Assembly: GCA_965261855.1 (NCBI GenBank)
Contig: OZ253488.1
Location: 2,873,388 to 2,937,387 of the forward strand
Length of the DNA: 64,000 nucleotides
Origin: Phototrophicaceae bacterium
Lineage (GTDB): Bacteria > Chloroflexota > Anaerolineae > Aggregatilineales > Phototrophicaceae
Direction of reading: 5' to 3'
A program made the position numbers and the translations under genes. Shown here one piece after another: positions 29,499-39,054 of the stretch (its first letter is position 1; every line of letters begins with the position of its first letter). The notes beneath the pieces were generated by a model, which saw only the letters and a list, made by a program, of their open reading frames with translations, was not told the DNA's origin and did not search any database.

Positions 29499-30530
29499 AT
29501 GGCTGAAAAACGCCTGATTGTAGGGCTGGGGAACCCCGGCGCCAAATACGAAAAGACGCGCCACAATGTCGGCTGGCGCGTGATCGACGAGTTGATACGC
29601 CGCCATAATCTCGGCCGCGGACGCAGCGAACGCCGCGCCCAAACCTGGGACGGCGCCATCCGCGACATACCGGTGAAACTGGCGAAACCGTTGACCTATA
29701 TGAACCGCAGCGGCGAATCGGTACGCGCGCTGATGGACTATTACGATGTCGTCAGCGATAACTTGCTCGTCATTCACGACGACCTCGATATCCCCTTCGG
29801 CAAACTGAGATTGCGGAAATCCGGCGGGCACGGCGGGCAGAAGGGTCTGCGCAGCATCATTGGGCGCCTCGGCGACAATGCCTTCGCCCGTCTTCGTTTC
29901 GGCATTGGCCGGCCCCCAGGGAAAATGCAGCCATTCGATTTCGTGCTGCAGCCGCTCAAAGGCGATGATGCGATCCTGGCGGATGAAGTAGCAGCGCGCG
30001 CCGCCGACGCCATCGAGCTCTGGCTCAGCGACGGCATCGAAGCCGCCATGTCTCAATTCAATGGCGATGCCCCCCGTCAGGCGAATTCGCGCTCCAAGTC
30101 GCAGCTGCAAGAGCAGCTGGTGATCTACCAACGCGCGCATGAACTGGCGCCTTCCGACACCAAGGCGCTGACCAAACTCATTTCGATCCAAAAGAAACTG
30201 GGACTGATCGATGAGGCGGTATCGGGGCATCTGCGCCTGGCTGAACTATACGAAAGCCAGGGCGAAAGCCGTCAGGCAAACACGGAGCGGATCAAAGCGG
30301 TGACGATTAAACCCGAACTGGTCGCTGTGCAGCGCGCCATTGCCGAATGGTTCTTGGCGCAGGGCACCGCGAAAAAAGCGGTTGCCCGCTATCTCACCTT
30401 GGCTGATCATCTGCGCACGCATGACCAAGGAGCGGCGGCGGCCGCCATCGAGCGCGCGCTCGCGATCAATCCGCAGCACCCGAAGGCGCTGGCATACCAG
30501 CGTCAATTGCAGGAACAACTCGCGGACTAG
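29499..30530 (+). CDS. pth: Peptidyl-tRNA hydrolase fused to a ~155-aa C-terminal TPR-like helical domain
   Basis: MAEKRLIVGLGNPGAKYEKTRHNVGW...YMNRSGESV...HDDLDIPFGKLRLRKSGGHGGQKGLRS is canonical Pth (~187 aa). It is followed by a helical repeat tail ending ERALAINPQHPKALAYQRQLQ. Confidence 0.88.
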   Translation: MAEKRLIVGLGNPGAKYEKTRHNVGWRVIDELIRRHNLGRGRSERRAQTWDGAIRDIPVKLAKPLTYMNRSGESVRALMDYYDVVSDNLLVIHDDLDIPFGKLRLRKSGGHGGQKGLRSIIGRLGDNAFARLRFGIGRPPGKMQPFDFVLQPLKGDDAILADEVAARAADAIELWLSDGIEAAMSQFNGDAPRQANSRSKSQLQEQLVIYQRAHELAPSDTKALTKLISIQKKLGLIDEAVSGHLRLAELYESQGESRQANTERIKAVTIKPELVAVQRAIAEWFLAQGTAKKAVARYLTLADHLRTHDQGAAAAAIERALAINPQHPKALAYQRQLQEQLAD

Positions 30531-30565
30531 TGAAACGTAAATCAAAAGACAAGAGGGGCTTTTAA

Positions 30566-31774
30566 ATGCAGATTGTAGCGCCCGAAGCGGTTGGCATTTC
30601 AGCCGAACGCTTGAACAATATTGGTTCTCGCCTGCAGCAATATGTCGACCAGGGCAAAGTCGCCGGCTTCGTCACGCTGGTTGCCCGCAATTCGGAAGTC
30701 GCGCATTTTGACGCCTGCGGCTTCCGCGATGCCGAAAACAAGCTGCCGATGAAACACGATACCATCTTCCGCATCTACAGCATGACCAAGCCCGTCACCT
30801 CCATCGCGCTGATGCAACTCTACGAGCGGGGCAAATTCCATCTCGCCCAACCAGTCAGCCGCTACATTCCGCAGTTTGGCAAGACCAAAGTCCTCAGCGC
30901 GCTCGGTTATCTCGGCCAGAAGCTCGAGCCGCAAAACCCGCCGATGACGATCCATCATCTGCTCACGCATACCGCCGGTCTGAGCTATGGCTTTTTCCTC
31001 GATACGCCAATTGACGAGATGTACCGCAATTCCATCTTCCGCAGCGAAACCGCGGCGCTCGAAGAGAAGATTAGCGGCATGGCTGAACTGCCGCTGCGCT
31101 TTCAACCGGGCAGCGCCTGGAATTACAGCATCGCCACCGATGTCTGCGCTTACCTGGTGCAGCTGCTGGCGGATATGCCTTTTGAGGACTATCTAGCATC
31201 CGAAATCTTTCAACCGCTCGGCATGATTGATACCGCCTTCCACGTTTCAGCCGACAAACTCGACCGTTTCGCCAAGCTTTATCAGCACCTGCCGCAAACC
31301 GGCGGATTCCGCGAATATAAGGGCGCGCCCGACATCCCCTTCCACGACTACACAAAACCGGCCAACGCGCCCTCCGGCGGTGGTGGCTTGGTCTCCACCA
31401 CGGCCGATTATTGGCGCTTTGCCAAAATGCTCTTGAACCGGGGCGCATCGGACGATGTGCGGATCATCGGCCGCAAGACGCTCGAATTTATGACCCGCAA
31501 CCACATTCGGCCAGAATTGCTGCCGCTCGCCATCGGCCCCTCCCCCATACCCGGACGGGGATTCGGCCTCGGTTTTGATATCGTCATGGACGCCGCCCAA
31601 ACTGGCGTCCTGAATTCTGACGGAAACTACGGCTGGAGCGGCGCCGCGGCGACCAACTTCTGGGTCGATCCGCAAGAGCGCCTGGTCGGCATCATCATGA
31701 CCCAACTGATGAACAATATGCTGTTCTTCCAGCACGACTTCCGCGCCCTGACCTACCAAGCGCTGGTCGATTAG
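30566..31774 (+). CDS. Serine hydrolase, beta-lactamase/transpeptidase fold (class C-like), no signal peptide
   Basis: 402 aa, SMTK (SxxK) motif near residue 72. Confidence 0.8.
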   Translation: MQIVAPEAVGISAERLNNIGSRLQQYVDQGKVAGFVTLVARNSEVAHFDACGFRDAENKLPMKHDTIFRIYSMTKPVTSIALMQLYERGKFHLAQPVSRYIPQFGKTKVLSALGYLGQKLEPQNPPMTIHHLLTHTAGLSYGFFLDTPIDEMYRNSIFRSETAALEEKISGMAELPLRFQPGSAWNYSIATDVCAYLVQLLADMPFEDYLASEIFQPLGMIDTAFHVSADKLDRFAKLYQHLPQTGGFREYKGAPDIPFHDYTKPANAPSGGGGLVSTTADYWRFAKMLLNRGASDDVRIIGRKTLEFMTRNHIRPELLPLAIGPSPIPGRGFGLGFDIVMDAAQTGVLNSDGNYGWSGAAATNFWVDPQERLVGIIMTQLMNNMLFFQHDFRALTYQALVD

Positions 31775-32913
31775 GCGCCGTCGATCGCCGGGATGAGACT
31801 ATCCCACAAGAACTGATACGACTCGGCTTCCTCCGCGTAATCGCGCTGATTGCCGCGGAAACTGTGCGTCGTCACCATCACCAGCTCCAGCTCGGGAATG
31901 ACATGCAGAATCTGCCCGCCCGCGCCCAGCGCCGAATACATATCGTAGCCGCCGATGCGATTCAGCCACCAGTAATAGCCGTATCCAGCATAATTGTTGC
32001 CGATATCGATCTGCGGCGCCGTCGAAGCGGCCACCCACCAACCAGGCACGATCTGCTCCCCCTGCCAGCGCCCCTCGTCAAGAAACAGCTGACCAAAACG
32101 CGCCACTTCCCGCGCGGTCATGCTCACGCTGTGGCCCCCGCTGAAGTAGCCTGCCGGACCGACGCCCCAGAATTCGGCTTCAATGCCAAGCGGCTCAAAC
32201 AAGAAGCGATGAGCGAATTCGCAAACGCTCATTCCGGTCGCCTCCCTCACAACAGCCGCCAAGACTTGCGATGCGCCCGTGCTGTAATGGAAAACCGTCC
32301 CCGGCTCTTTGCGCAACGGCAGGCGCAAGATATCGGCCACCCAATCTTCGCTGCGGTTCAGCATGCGCTCGCTATCGTTTTCTTCCCATGCCAGCCCATG
32401 CGTCATCGTCAGCATTTGGTGAAGCGTCAGTCCCCGCAGTTTCAAATCGGCAACAGCTTCGAAATACTCGGGCAGATAATCGGCGATTCGTTCATCGGTT
32501 GACTGGAAATATCCCTGCTCAATTGCGATGCCAACCAGCGCCGACAGCATGCTCTTGGAGACGCTGGCGATATTGTTGCTGTCCGCGGCATGGCTGCCGT
32601 TGAAATACTGTTCATAAACGACATAGCCATTGCGCATCAGGATGAGCGCTTGCCGCGTCCGCGACTCCGCCAACAGCGCCAAGCCCACATCTATAATGCT
32701 CCGATCAATGCCCTGCGCTTCCATTTCGGAATAGCGCCATAAATCGTCCTCCCTTTGATCATCCGGCGCGTATCCACGCTGATAAAAGCGGCTCTGCGGA
32801 CGGCGATCGCTCGTATCGCAGGCGTACCAGGCCGTCTCCGCCGCCTGAGCCAAGACCGAGACCGCCTGAACAACGATAAAAGCTGTCAAGATCATTCGAA
32901 TACGGCGTTTCAT
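31771..32913 (-). CDS. Secreted serine hydrolase, beta-lactamase/transpeptidase fold
   Basis: SVSKS (SxxK) motif, signal peptide MKRRIRMILTAFIVVQAVSVLAQA. ATG 32913 with GGTGGA SD (TTG alternative at 32931). 4-nt convergent overlap with the previous gene. Confidence 0.8.
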   Translation of the reverse strand: MKRRIRMILTAFIVVQAVSVLAQAAETAWYACDTSDRRPQSRFYQRGYAPDDQREDDLWRYSEMEAQGIDRSIIDVGLALLAESRTRQALILMRNGYVVYEQYFNGSHAADSNNIASVSKSMLSALVGIAIEQGYFQSTDERIADYLPEYFEAVADLKLRGLTLHQMLTMTHGLAWEENDSERMLNRSEDWVADILRLPLRKEPGTVFHYSTGASQVLAAVVREATGMSVCEFAHRFLFEPLGIEAEFWGVGPAGYFSGGHSVSMTAREVARFGQLFLDEGRWQGEQIVPGWWVAASTAPQIDIGNNYAGYGYYWWLNRIGGYDMYSALGAGGQILHVIPELELVMVTTHSFRGNQRDYAEEAESYQFLWDSLIPAIDGA

Positions 32914-33028
32914 AACAGAAGATCCACCCAAGTCAGCCGTCTACACTTTACTTCTGCTGCATGTGGTTTCGCAAGCGTCGATTCGCGCGACGTCGCTCCT
33001 CCCAATTCATCGGTTATCGCGCCACGCT

Positions 33029-33055
33029 AGTGTATCGACTTCGGTGGAAACTTAA
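33029..33055 (-). promoter_or_regulatory. Shared promoter-like motif, copy A (faces the secreted serine hydrolase gene)
   Basis: Minus strand TTAAGT-TTCCACCGAAGTCGA-TACACT; core GTTTCCACCGA-N5-ATACACT. Confidence 0.35.
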
Positions 33056-33202
33056 CTTGTCATATTGAACCTCACCACAAAGGCATGAAGGACACAGAGA
33101 TTAGAGCATATTTTGCTTACACTTCTCGGTGTCCTCATTTAACTCGGTGACCTCTTTTTTATGAAACCTGTCCAATTCCCAATTACATACCCGTCGAAAA
33201 CC

Positions 33203-33226
33203 GTAGGGGCTTGCCTTGGCAAGCCC
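33203..33226. repeat. GTAGGGGC...GCCC hairpin family member (H3)
   Basis: GTAGGGGCTTGCC-TT-GGCAAGCCC, 9-bp stem. Confidence 0.55.
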
Positions 33227-33297
33227 GCCCAAACACAACTTTGGGTGTCAAATTTTGTGTGAGCCATGTCGTGACTTGCGAGGGACTGTGGTAAATT

Positions 33298-33328
33298 CCT
33301 TGCGTTTCCACCGACTTCAATACACTGC
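33298..33328 (+). promoter_or_regulatory. Shared promoter-like motif, copy B (faces mfd)
   Basis: TTGCGT-TTCCACCGACTTCAA-TACACT; same core as copy A in inverted orientation; 83 nt before the mfd ATG. Confidence 0.35.
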
Positions 33329-33408
33329 CCCGCCCGACCGTCTCTAGTTCCATTATCGCGACGCTGATATACTAGCGCGTCGCAATCCTCCAGCATACAA
33401 AGGCAAAC

Positions 33409-36400
33409 ATGGCAACGCACCTCTCGGGACTCCTTGACATCTTGCGCGAATGCCGGGCTTATCAGACCCTGCTCGCCCAAATCGCCAGTGATAAGCGCAG
33501 CGATTCCTTTAATATCGTGCGTTCGGCGCGCCCATTCCTGCTGGCGGCGCTAGCGGCCGACTGGAACGGTCCCATAATTTACCTGACAGCCGCCGTACGC
33601 CGCGCCTACAATGTAAGCGAACAACTGCCGATTTGGCTCGCAGACAGCGCGCGCCTCTATCGCTTCGCCGAGCCCTCCGCCCTCTTCTACGATCGCGCGC
33701 CTTGGGACGCCAGCGTCATCCGCAACCGCATCGATACCCTTTCCGCCCTCGCTTTCGGCAGCGACCAATCGCGTCCAATTGTCATTGCCTCGGCCCGCGC
33801 CCTGATGCAGGCAACCCTGCCCCTGGATACATTCCGCGCTGCCACCATCGACATTGAGACGGGCCAGCAATTCCAAATGGAATCGCTAATTCTGCGCTGG
33901 ATCGGCATCGGATACGAACCGGCGCCGGTCGTGATTGAACCCGGGACCTTCAGCCGGCGTGGCGGCATCCTCGATATCTTTCCCCTGGCCAGCGAATATC
34001 CGCTGCGCATTGAGTTCTTTGATGACGAGATTGAAAGCCTGCGCCTATTCGACCCGCGCGATCAACGCAGCGTCAAGCGCGTGGGTTCCGCGAGAATTGT
34101 GCCTGCGCGCGAAGCCTTGCCAAAACTGACGCGGGCGGTCGGCGCCAATCTTGCCAAGCAATCGCCGGCGAACGGGGAGAATGATGCGGACGCAACCAGC
34201 CTCAGCGCCGACATCGAGTCGCTGAGCCAAGGCAGCGCCTTCGCTCACCTGGAGCACTACCTGCCGCTCCTCTACAGCCAGCGCGCCAGCCTGCTGAATT
34301 ATGCGCCGGCCAACGCGCTGGTGCTGGTGGAAGAGCCGCAATTCCTGGAAATGACAGCGCAAGAAATTGTCGAGACCGCCGAAGAAAACAGCGCCGACGC
34401 CATATCTGCTTCACAGATAAAGCCCGATCATCCAGCGCCCTATCTGCCCTGGCGCGCTTTGAAGTCCGAAGCTAAGCGCTTGACCTGTGTCTCGCTTGCC
34501 AACCAACCAGTGGGCGAAGCGCCCCGCGAATTTGCGCCGGGCGAGCGCTATGGCGGCCAACTCCGCCCCATGCTCAATCGCGTACGTCAACTGCGCAGTC
34601 GCGGCGACCGCGCCGTAATCATCACCGAACAAGTCGAACGCTTGGAGAATCTCTGGTACGAACAAGATGCGTCGGCATACATTCCCTCGCTGGAAGTGAT
34701 AGACGAGCCGCCACCGCCGGGATCCCTGCGCTTCGTTCGCGGATCGGCGGCTGAAGGCTGGTCGTTGGCGACTGACATCGGCGCGCTGCATTTCATCACT
34801 GACGCCGAGATCTTCGGCTGGTCGCGCCCGGAACCGCGCCGCCGCAGCGAAGCCAAAGGCGCGCGCGCCAGGGTGGCGGCCGATACCTCCTATACCGATT
34901 GGGAAATCGGCACCCATGTTGTACATGTGGACTTCGGCATCGGCCGCTTTATGGGCATGCGCCAACGCACCGTACACGCGACCGAGCGCGAATACCTGCT
35001 CGTCGAATATCAAAACGCCGATACCATCTACGTGCCCATCCACCAAGCCGACCGACTCTCGCGCTATGTCGGCGCCGAAGAAACGCCGCCGAAGCTCAAC
35101 CAACTGGGCAAGCCCGACCAATGGATTAAGGCGCGCGATAAAGCGCGGCGCAACGCCGAAGAAGAAGCCAAAGAGCTGCTGCAAATATACAGCCGGCGCG
35201 CGCAAGCCTCTGGCATCGCCTTCAGCCCCGACAGCGCCTGGCAGCACGAGATGGAAGCCGGCTTTCCTTTCGTCGAAACCGAAGACCAGTTGCGCGTCAT
35301 TCAAGAAGTCAAAGCCGATATGGGCAGCCGCAAGCCGATGGATCGCTTGGTCTGCGGCGATGTCGGCTTCGGCAAAACCGAAGTCGCCTTGCGCGCCGCC
35401 TTTAAGGCGGTACAGGATGGCGCCCAAGTTGCCGTATTGGTGCCGACAACCGTGCTGGCGCAGCAGCACTATGACAATTTCATGGCGCGCTTGAAAGCCT
35501 TTCCCGTGGTGATCGAAATGCTCTCCCGCTTCCGCGGCAAGGCGCAGCAGAAAGAAATCCGCGATCGCCTTGCCAGCGGCGAAGTCGACATTGTCATCGG
35601 CACGCATCGCCTGCTTTCGCAAGACATAAGTTTCAAGCAGCTAGGCTTGATGATCATCGACGAAGAACAACGCTTTGGCGTAAAACACAAGGAGCACTTC
35701 AAGAAGCTGCGTTCGCGCATCGACATCTTGACGCTGACGGCAACGCCGATTCCGCGCACGCTCTATCTAAGTTTGAGCGGCATCCGCGATATCAGCATGA
35801 TTCAGTCGCCGCCGGAAGAGCGCCTGCCCGTGATCACCCAAGTCGGCTCCTGGGACGACAATCTCGCTCGCCTTGCGATCATGCGCGAACTTGAGCGTGG
35901 CGGGCAAGTCTTCGTCGTGCATAACCGCGTCAAGTCGATTCATATTATCCGCAACCGAATTGAGCGCATCGTGCCAGAAGCCTCTCTCGCCATCGCCCAT
36001 GGACAAATGGCCCCGCGCGCGCTGGAAAAAGTCATGTCCGAGTTCACCCGCGGCGAATACGACATCCTCATCTCAACTTCTATCATCGAGAATGGCATCG
36101 ATATGCCGCGCGTCAATACCTTGCTTGTCGATCGCGCCGATTACTTTGGCGTCGCCCAGCTTTATCAACTGCGCGGGCGGGTTGGGCGTTCGGCGCAGCA
36201 AGCCTACGCCTACTTCTTTTATGCGGCCAGCACACTCACGCAAGAAGCGCGCACTCGGCTGGAGACTCTGGCGGAAAACACGCAGTTGGGCGCCGGTTTT
36301 CAGATCGCCATACGCGACCTGGAAATGAGGGGCAGCGGCGACATCCTCAGCATGAGGCAGTCGGGGCATATCGCCAGCGTCGGCTTGCATCTCTACACCG

Positions 36401-36927
36401 AAATGCTGCAGCAGGCGGTTAAAGATCAGCGAGGCGCCACAGCCGCCGGCGTCCCCGCTGCTTCGCCGGCATCCGCCCGTGAGCGTCTCATTATCGACCT
36501 GCCCCTCCCAGCCTACTTCCCAACCGACTGGATCCCTGAAATGGCGCTGCGCCTGCAGCTTTATCGCCGCCTTGGCGGCATCCAAAGCATCGACGAAATC
36601 GAACGCATGCGCGCCGAACTGATCGACCGCTTTGGTCCGCTGCCCGCCGCCGTCGAAGGGCTGCTCTATCAGATTCGGGTCAAAGTCATGGCGCAGGCTC
36701 TTCGCGCCACCCACGTCTTGCTCCCGCGCGCTGAACTGCGTATCAAGCTGCCCTTCCTCGCCACCATCAACCGCGAACTGCTGTCCCTGACCCTTGGCGA
36801 AGACGTCGATGTCACACGCACCGATGTGCGCATGCCCGCCGAGGAAGGGCGCTGGCAAGAGCGATTGCTGGAAATTCTCGCGGCGCTGGAGGACAGCATC
36901 AAACTCGTCGGCGCCTTCAGCCCCTAG
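33409..36927 (+). CDS. mfd: Transcription-repair coupling factor
   Basis: 1172 aa; UvrB-homology N-terminus, CarD/RID region, DEAD/helicase motifs (GDVGFGKTEVALRAA, IIDEEQRFG), TRG region. Confidence 0.95.
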   Translation: MATHLSGLLDILRECRAYQTLLAQIASDKRSDSFNIVRSARPFLLAALAADWNGPIIYLTAAVRRAYNVSEQLPIWLADSARLYRFAEPSALFYDRAPWDASVIRNRIDTLSALAFGSDQSRPIVIASARALMQATLPLDTFRAATIDIETGQQFQMESLILRWIGIGYEPAPVVIEPGTFSRRGGILDIFPLASEYPLRIEFFDDEIESLRLFDPRDQRSVKRVGSARIVPAREALPKLTRAVGANLAKQSPANGENDADATSLSADIESLSQGSAFAHLEHYLPLLYSQRASLLNYAPANALVLVEEPQFLEMTAQEIVETAEENSADAISASQIKPDHPAPYLPWRALKSEAKRLTCVSLANQPVGEAPREFAPGERYGGQLRPMLNRVRQLRSRGDRAVIITEQVERLENLWYEQDASAYIPSLEVIDEPPPPGSLRFVRGSAAEGWSLATDIGALHFITDAEIFGWSRPEPRRRSEAKGARARVAADTSYTDWEIGTHVVHVDFGIGRFMGMRQRTVHATEREYLLVEYQNADTIYVPIHQADRLSRYVGAEETPPKLNQLGKPDQWIKARDKARRNAEEEAKELLQIYSRRAQASGIAFSPDSAWQHEMEAGFPFVETEDQLRVIQEVKADMGSRKPMDRLVCGDVGFGKTEVALRAAFKAVQDGAQVAVLVPTTVLAQQHYDNFMARLKAFPVVIEMLSRFRGKAQQKEIRDRLASGEVDIVIGTHRLLSQDISFKQLGLMIIDEEQRFGVKHKEHFKKLRSRIDILTLTATPIPRTLYLSLSGIRDISMIQSPPEERLPVITQVGSWDDNLARLAIMRELERGGQVFVVHNRVKSIHIIRNRIERIVPEASLAIAHGQMAPRALEKVMSEFTRGEYDILISTSIIENGIDMPRVNTLLVDRADYFGVAQLYQLRGRVGRSAQQAYAYFFYAASTLTQEARTRLETLAENTQLGAGFQIAIRDLEMRGSGDILSMRQSGHIASVGLHLYTEMLQQAVKDQRGATAAGVPAASPASARERLIIDLPLPAYFPTDWIPEMALRLQLYRRLGGIQSIDEIERMRAELIDRFGPLPAAVEGLLYQIRVKVMAQALRATHVLLPRAELRIKLPFLATINRELLSLTLGEDVDVTRTDVRMPAEEGRWQERLLEILAALEDSIKLVGAFSP

Positions 36928-36952
36928 CGTAGGCGCTTTCGCTTACTGCCAA

Positions 36953-37516
36953 TCAAGTCCTGGCCAGGTCGGCGAACGTGCCGCCCGTCACCTCTTCAAG
37001 TAGCGACAATTTTAATGGGAAGATCGCATTGGCGGCGCCACCCGCCGCGTAGACAATCTCGAATCGCTTTAATGTTTCATCCAGCAATATGGTGAGATCG
37101 TCCGACCGATGCGCCACCGGCGGGACGCCACCAGGCGCGTAGCCAAGCCAAGTGATACATTGCTCGCCTGTCATCATCCGTACTTTCTTGCGTCCTACCC
37201 CAAACAACGCGCCCAGCTTGCGCTCATCAATTGACTGATCACCGCTGGCCAAAATCAGCACGGGAGTTGTCTTCTTGATCATATAGCCGAGGCTCTTGAC
37301 GATCTGCCCCAACTGGCAACCGACATTTTCCGCCGCCTGCTGAGAAGTCGCGGTCGAACCATCGTATGTGACAACTCGGATGCCGATCTGCATGCGATCC
37401 AGCGCCGCCTGCACCTGCTCCACGCCCATCACACGCAAGTCATCGCGCGAAAGCCCGTCCGCATTTCGCTGCGCGCCGCCGTTGGTCTCATTCCCCATAC
37501 AGCCTGCCACCCGCAT
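36953..37516 (-). CDS. YbaK/ProX-like aminoacyl-tRNA editing (deacylase) domain protein
   Basis: IVKSLGYMI...VLILASGDQSIDERKLG...GYAPGGVPPV blocks. Start uncertain (ATG 37429 would give ~158 aa). Confidence 0.7.
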   Translation of the reverse strand: MRVAGCMGNETNGGAQRNADGLSRDDLRVMGVEQVQAALDRMQIGIRVVTYDGSTATSQQAAENVGCQLGQIVKSLGYMIKKTTPVLILASGDQSIDERKLGALFGVGRKKVRMMTGEQCITWLGYAPGGVPPVAHRSDDLTILLDETLKRFEIVYAAGGAANAIFPLKLSLLEEVTGGTFADLART

Positions 37517-38015
37517 AGGTGAAGCTGTCGCTTGGCTCGGCGAAATCGGCTTGCGGATGATCGCGCGGCGTCATATTCAGCAAAATCCGCCTTCCCGCCG
37601 CCTCAACATAATAAACATGCAAAGACTGATCCGGCTTTATCTTGGTCTTGCGCGAAAGCCGGTGATCAAAGCGAAAGGCTTCGCCTGCTTTATCCGTCAG
37701 CTTCGTCTTGCGCCAGAACATCCAGCGCGCCGACAGCCGCTCGGCGAAGAGCACCCGATAGCAGAGCTTGACGCGCGAGAAGCGCAGCACACGCATGACT
37801 ATAGTGAGCACGAAACCAGCCACCAGCGCCAGAACGAAAGCGCGTCCAGCGGGACCATAACGTCCCGCGATCAAGATCAGCGGCACCGACAGCAGCAATA
37901 GCGTCGCCAGCGGTTCGGTCACCAACTCAATGCGCTGCCGCGAAGACAGGCGTCCCTCTCGGTTTCGCTTCAGATCCGCCAACAATTCGCTCGGCAGCTT
38001 CTCCCGGTAAGACAT
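37488..38015 (-). CDS. Hypothetical membrane protein (two predicted TM helices)
   Basis: 175-aa ORF, hydrophobic segments LATLLLLSVPLILIAG and FVLALVAGFVLTIVM. Packed between the EamA and ybaK-like genes. No family recognised. Confidence 0.5.
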   Translation of the reverse strand: MSYREKLPSELLADLKRNREGRLSSRQRIELVTEPLATLLLLSVPLILIAGRYGPAGRAFVLALVAGFVLTIVMRVLRFSRVKLCYRVLFAERLSARWMFWRKTKLTDKAGEAFRFDHRLSRKTKIKPDQSLHVYYVEAAGRRILLNMTPRDHPQADFAEPSDSFTYAGGRLYGE

Positions 38016-38025
38016 CTCAATGCCC

Positions 38026-38943
38026 CTATCCCGCCTCGTGTGCGATACTGAGGTCGATCCGATTGCGCGGCCGCAACTGCAGCGCGATGACGCTGCCCAC
38101 GATCAGCGCCGCGCCCAGCCACTGCATCGCGAAGATCATCTCGCCCAGGATCAGCATGGATACGACCATCGACAGTATTGGCTCTACCGTGCTGACCAGC
38201 GATGCCTGCGCCGCGCCAATCCGCTGGACCGCGATGTTCACGCCGAACACCGGCAAGACCGTGCCGAAGAATCCGATGCCAGCCAGCAAAAGAATCGTCT
38301 GCGGATTCTGCGGCAATTGCAACCCGCGAACGAGAATCAGCATCAGCATAACGACCAAGGTGCCCAGCATCATCACGGCGCTCGCCCGCGAAACATCGAC
38401 CACGCCCTCAAGCGCCCGCCGCGTCAGAATATAGTATATCGCGATGATTGCCGCATTCAGCAGCGCCAATCCCACACCCAGCCCGTCAGCCTCAGTCGCC
38501 GTCGAGAAGTTTGGCACGGTCATGGCAACGCCGATCAGCGCCATGCCAAGCGCCAGCCAGGTCCGCGGCCGGATTTCATCGCCCAACAGCCGCGAAAGCA
38601 GCGCCACCATCGCCGGATAAGAATACAGCAGCACAATGTAAGTGCTCGCCTGCAAACGATCCAGAGCGAAGAACGCCGCCAGCACCGCAGCCGAAATGAT
38701 CGCCCCGATGAAAAGCAACCTGGCAATAGGCAGGTTTTGTCCAAAGTCTTTTCGGGCGGACCTACCGTTGAGCAGCACCAACGCCCACATGATTGGCGCC
38801 GCCAGGACGAAGCGCCAAATGGCGATATCCATCGGCTCAAAGGTCGAATGCAGGTAGGTCAGCTTCACCATGGTCGGCATGACCGAGAAACCGGCCGCCG
38901 CCAAGAGTATCCAGAGAAGACCTTCGCGCTCTCTACGTGTCAT
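38026..38943 (-). CDS. EamA/DMT-family transporter
   Basis: 305 aa, ~10 TM helices in two EamA-like halves. The opposite-strand ORF 38020-39045 is low-complexity. Confidence 0.8.
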   Translation of the reverse strand: MTRREREGLLWILLAAAGFSVMPTMVKLTYLHSTFEPMDIAIWRFVLAAPIMWALVLLNGRSARKDFGQNLPIARLLFIGAIISAAVLAAFFALDRLQASTYIVLLYSYPAMVALLSRLLGDEIRPRTWLALGMALIGVAMTVPNFSTATEADGLGVGLALLNAAIIAIYYILTRRALEGVVDVSRASAVMMLGTLVVMLMLILVRGLQLPQNPQTILLLAGIGFFGTVLPVFGVNIAVQRIGAAQASLVSTVEPILSMVVSMLILGEMIFAMQWLGAALIVGSVIALQLRPRNRIDLSIAHEAG

Positions 38944-39054
38944 GATCGTTCGTTTGTCAAACGCAAAGTCATGATACCGAAACTTTCCCTAAATGAAAAC
39001 GAGGCGAGCCGCCGCTCAACCCCGTCAACACCGGTTGTCGTTTAGACGCTTCGC

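Noticed and set aside
30566-32913. Calling the two beta-lactamase-fold proteins antibiotic resistance beta-lactamases
   Set aside because: Only the generic SxxK serine-hydrolase motif is visible. This fold includes esterases, aminopeptidases and PBPs, so no resistance claim is justified from sequence inspection alone.
33085-33141. 18-codon ORF (MKDTEIRAYFAYTSRCPHL) inside the AT-richer core of the inverted-repeat segment
   Set aside because: The putative SD is only 2 nt from the ATG. The ORF coincides with a long hairpin and has no supporting features.
38020-39045. 341-aa plus-strand ORF opposite the EamA transporter gene
   Set aside because: The translation is a monotonous R/Q/H/D-rich sequence. 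The minus-strand frame gives a clean 10-TM DMT-family protein.
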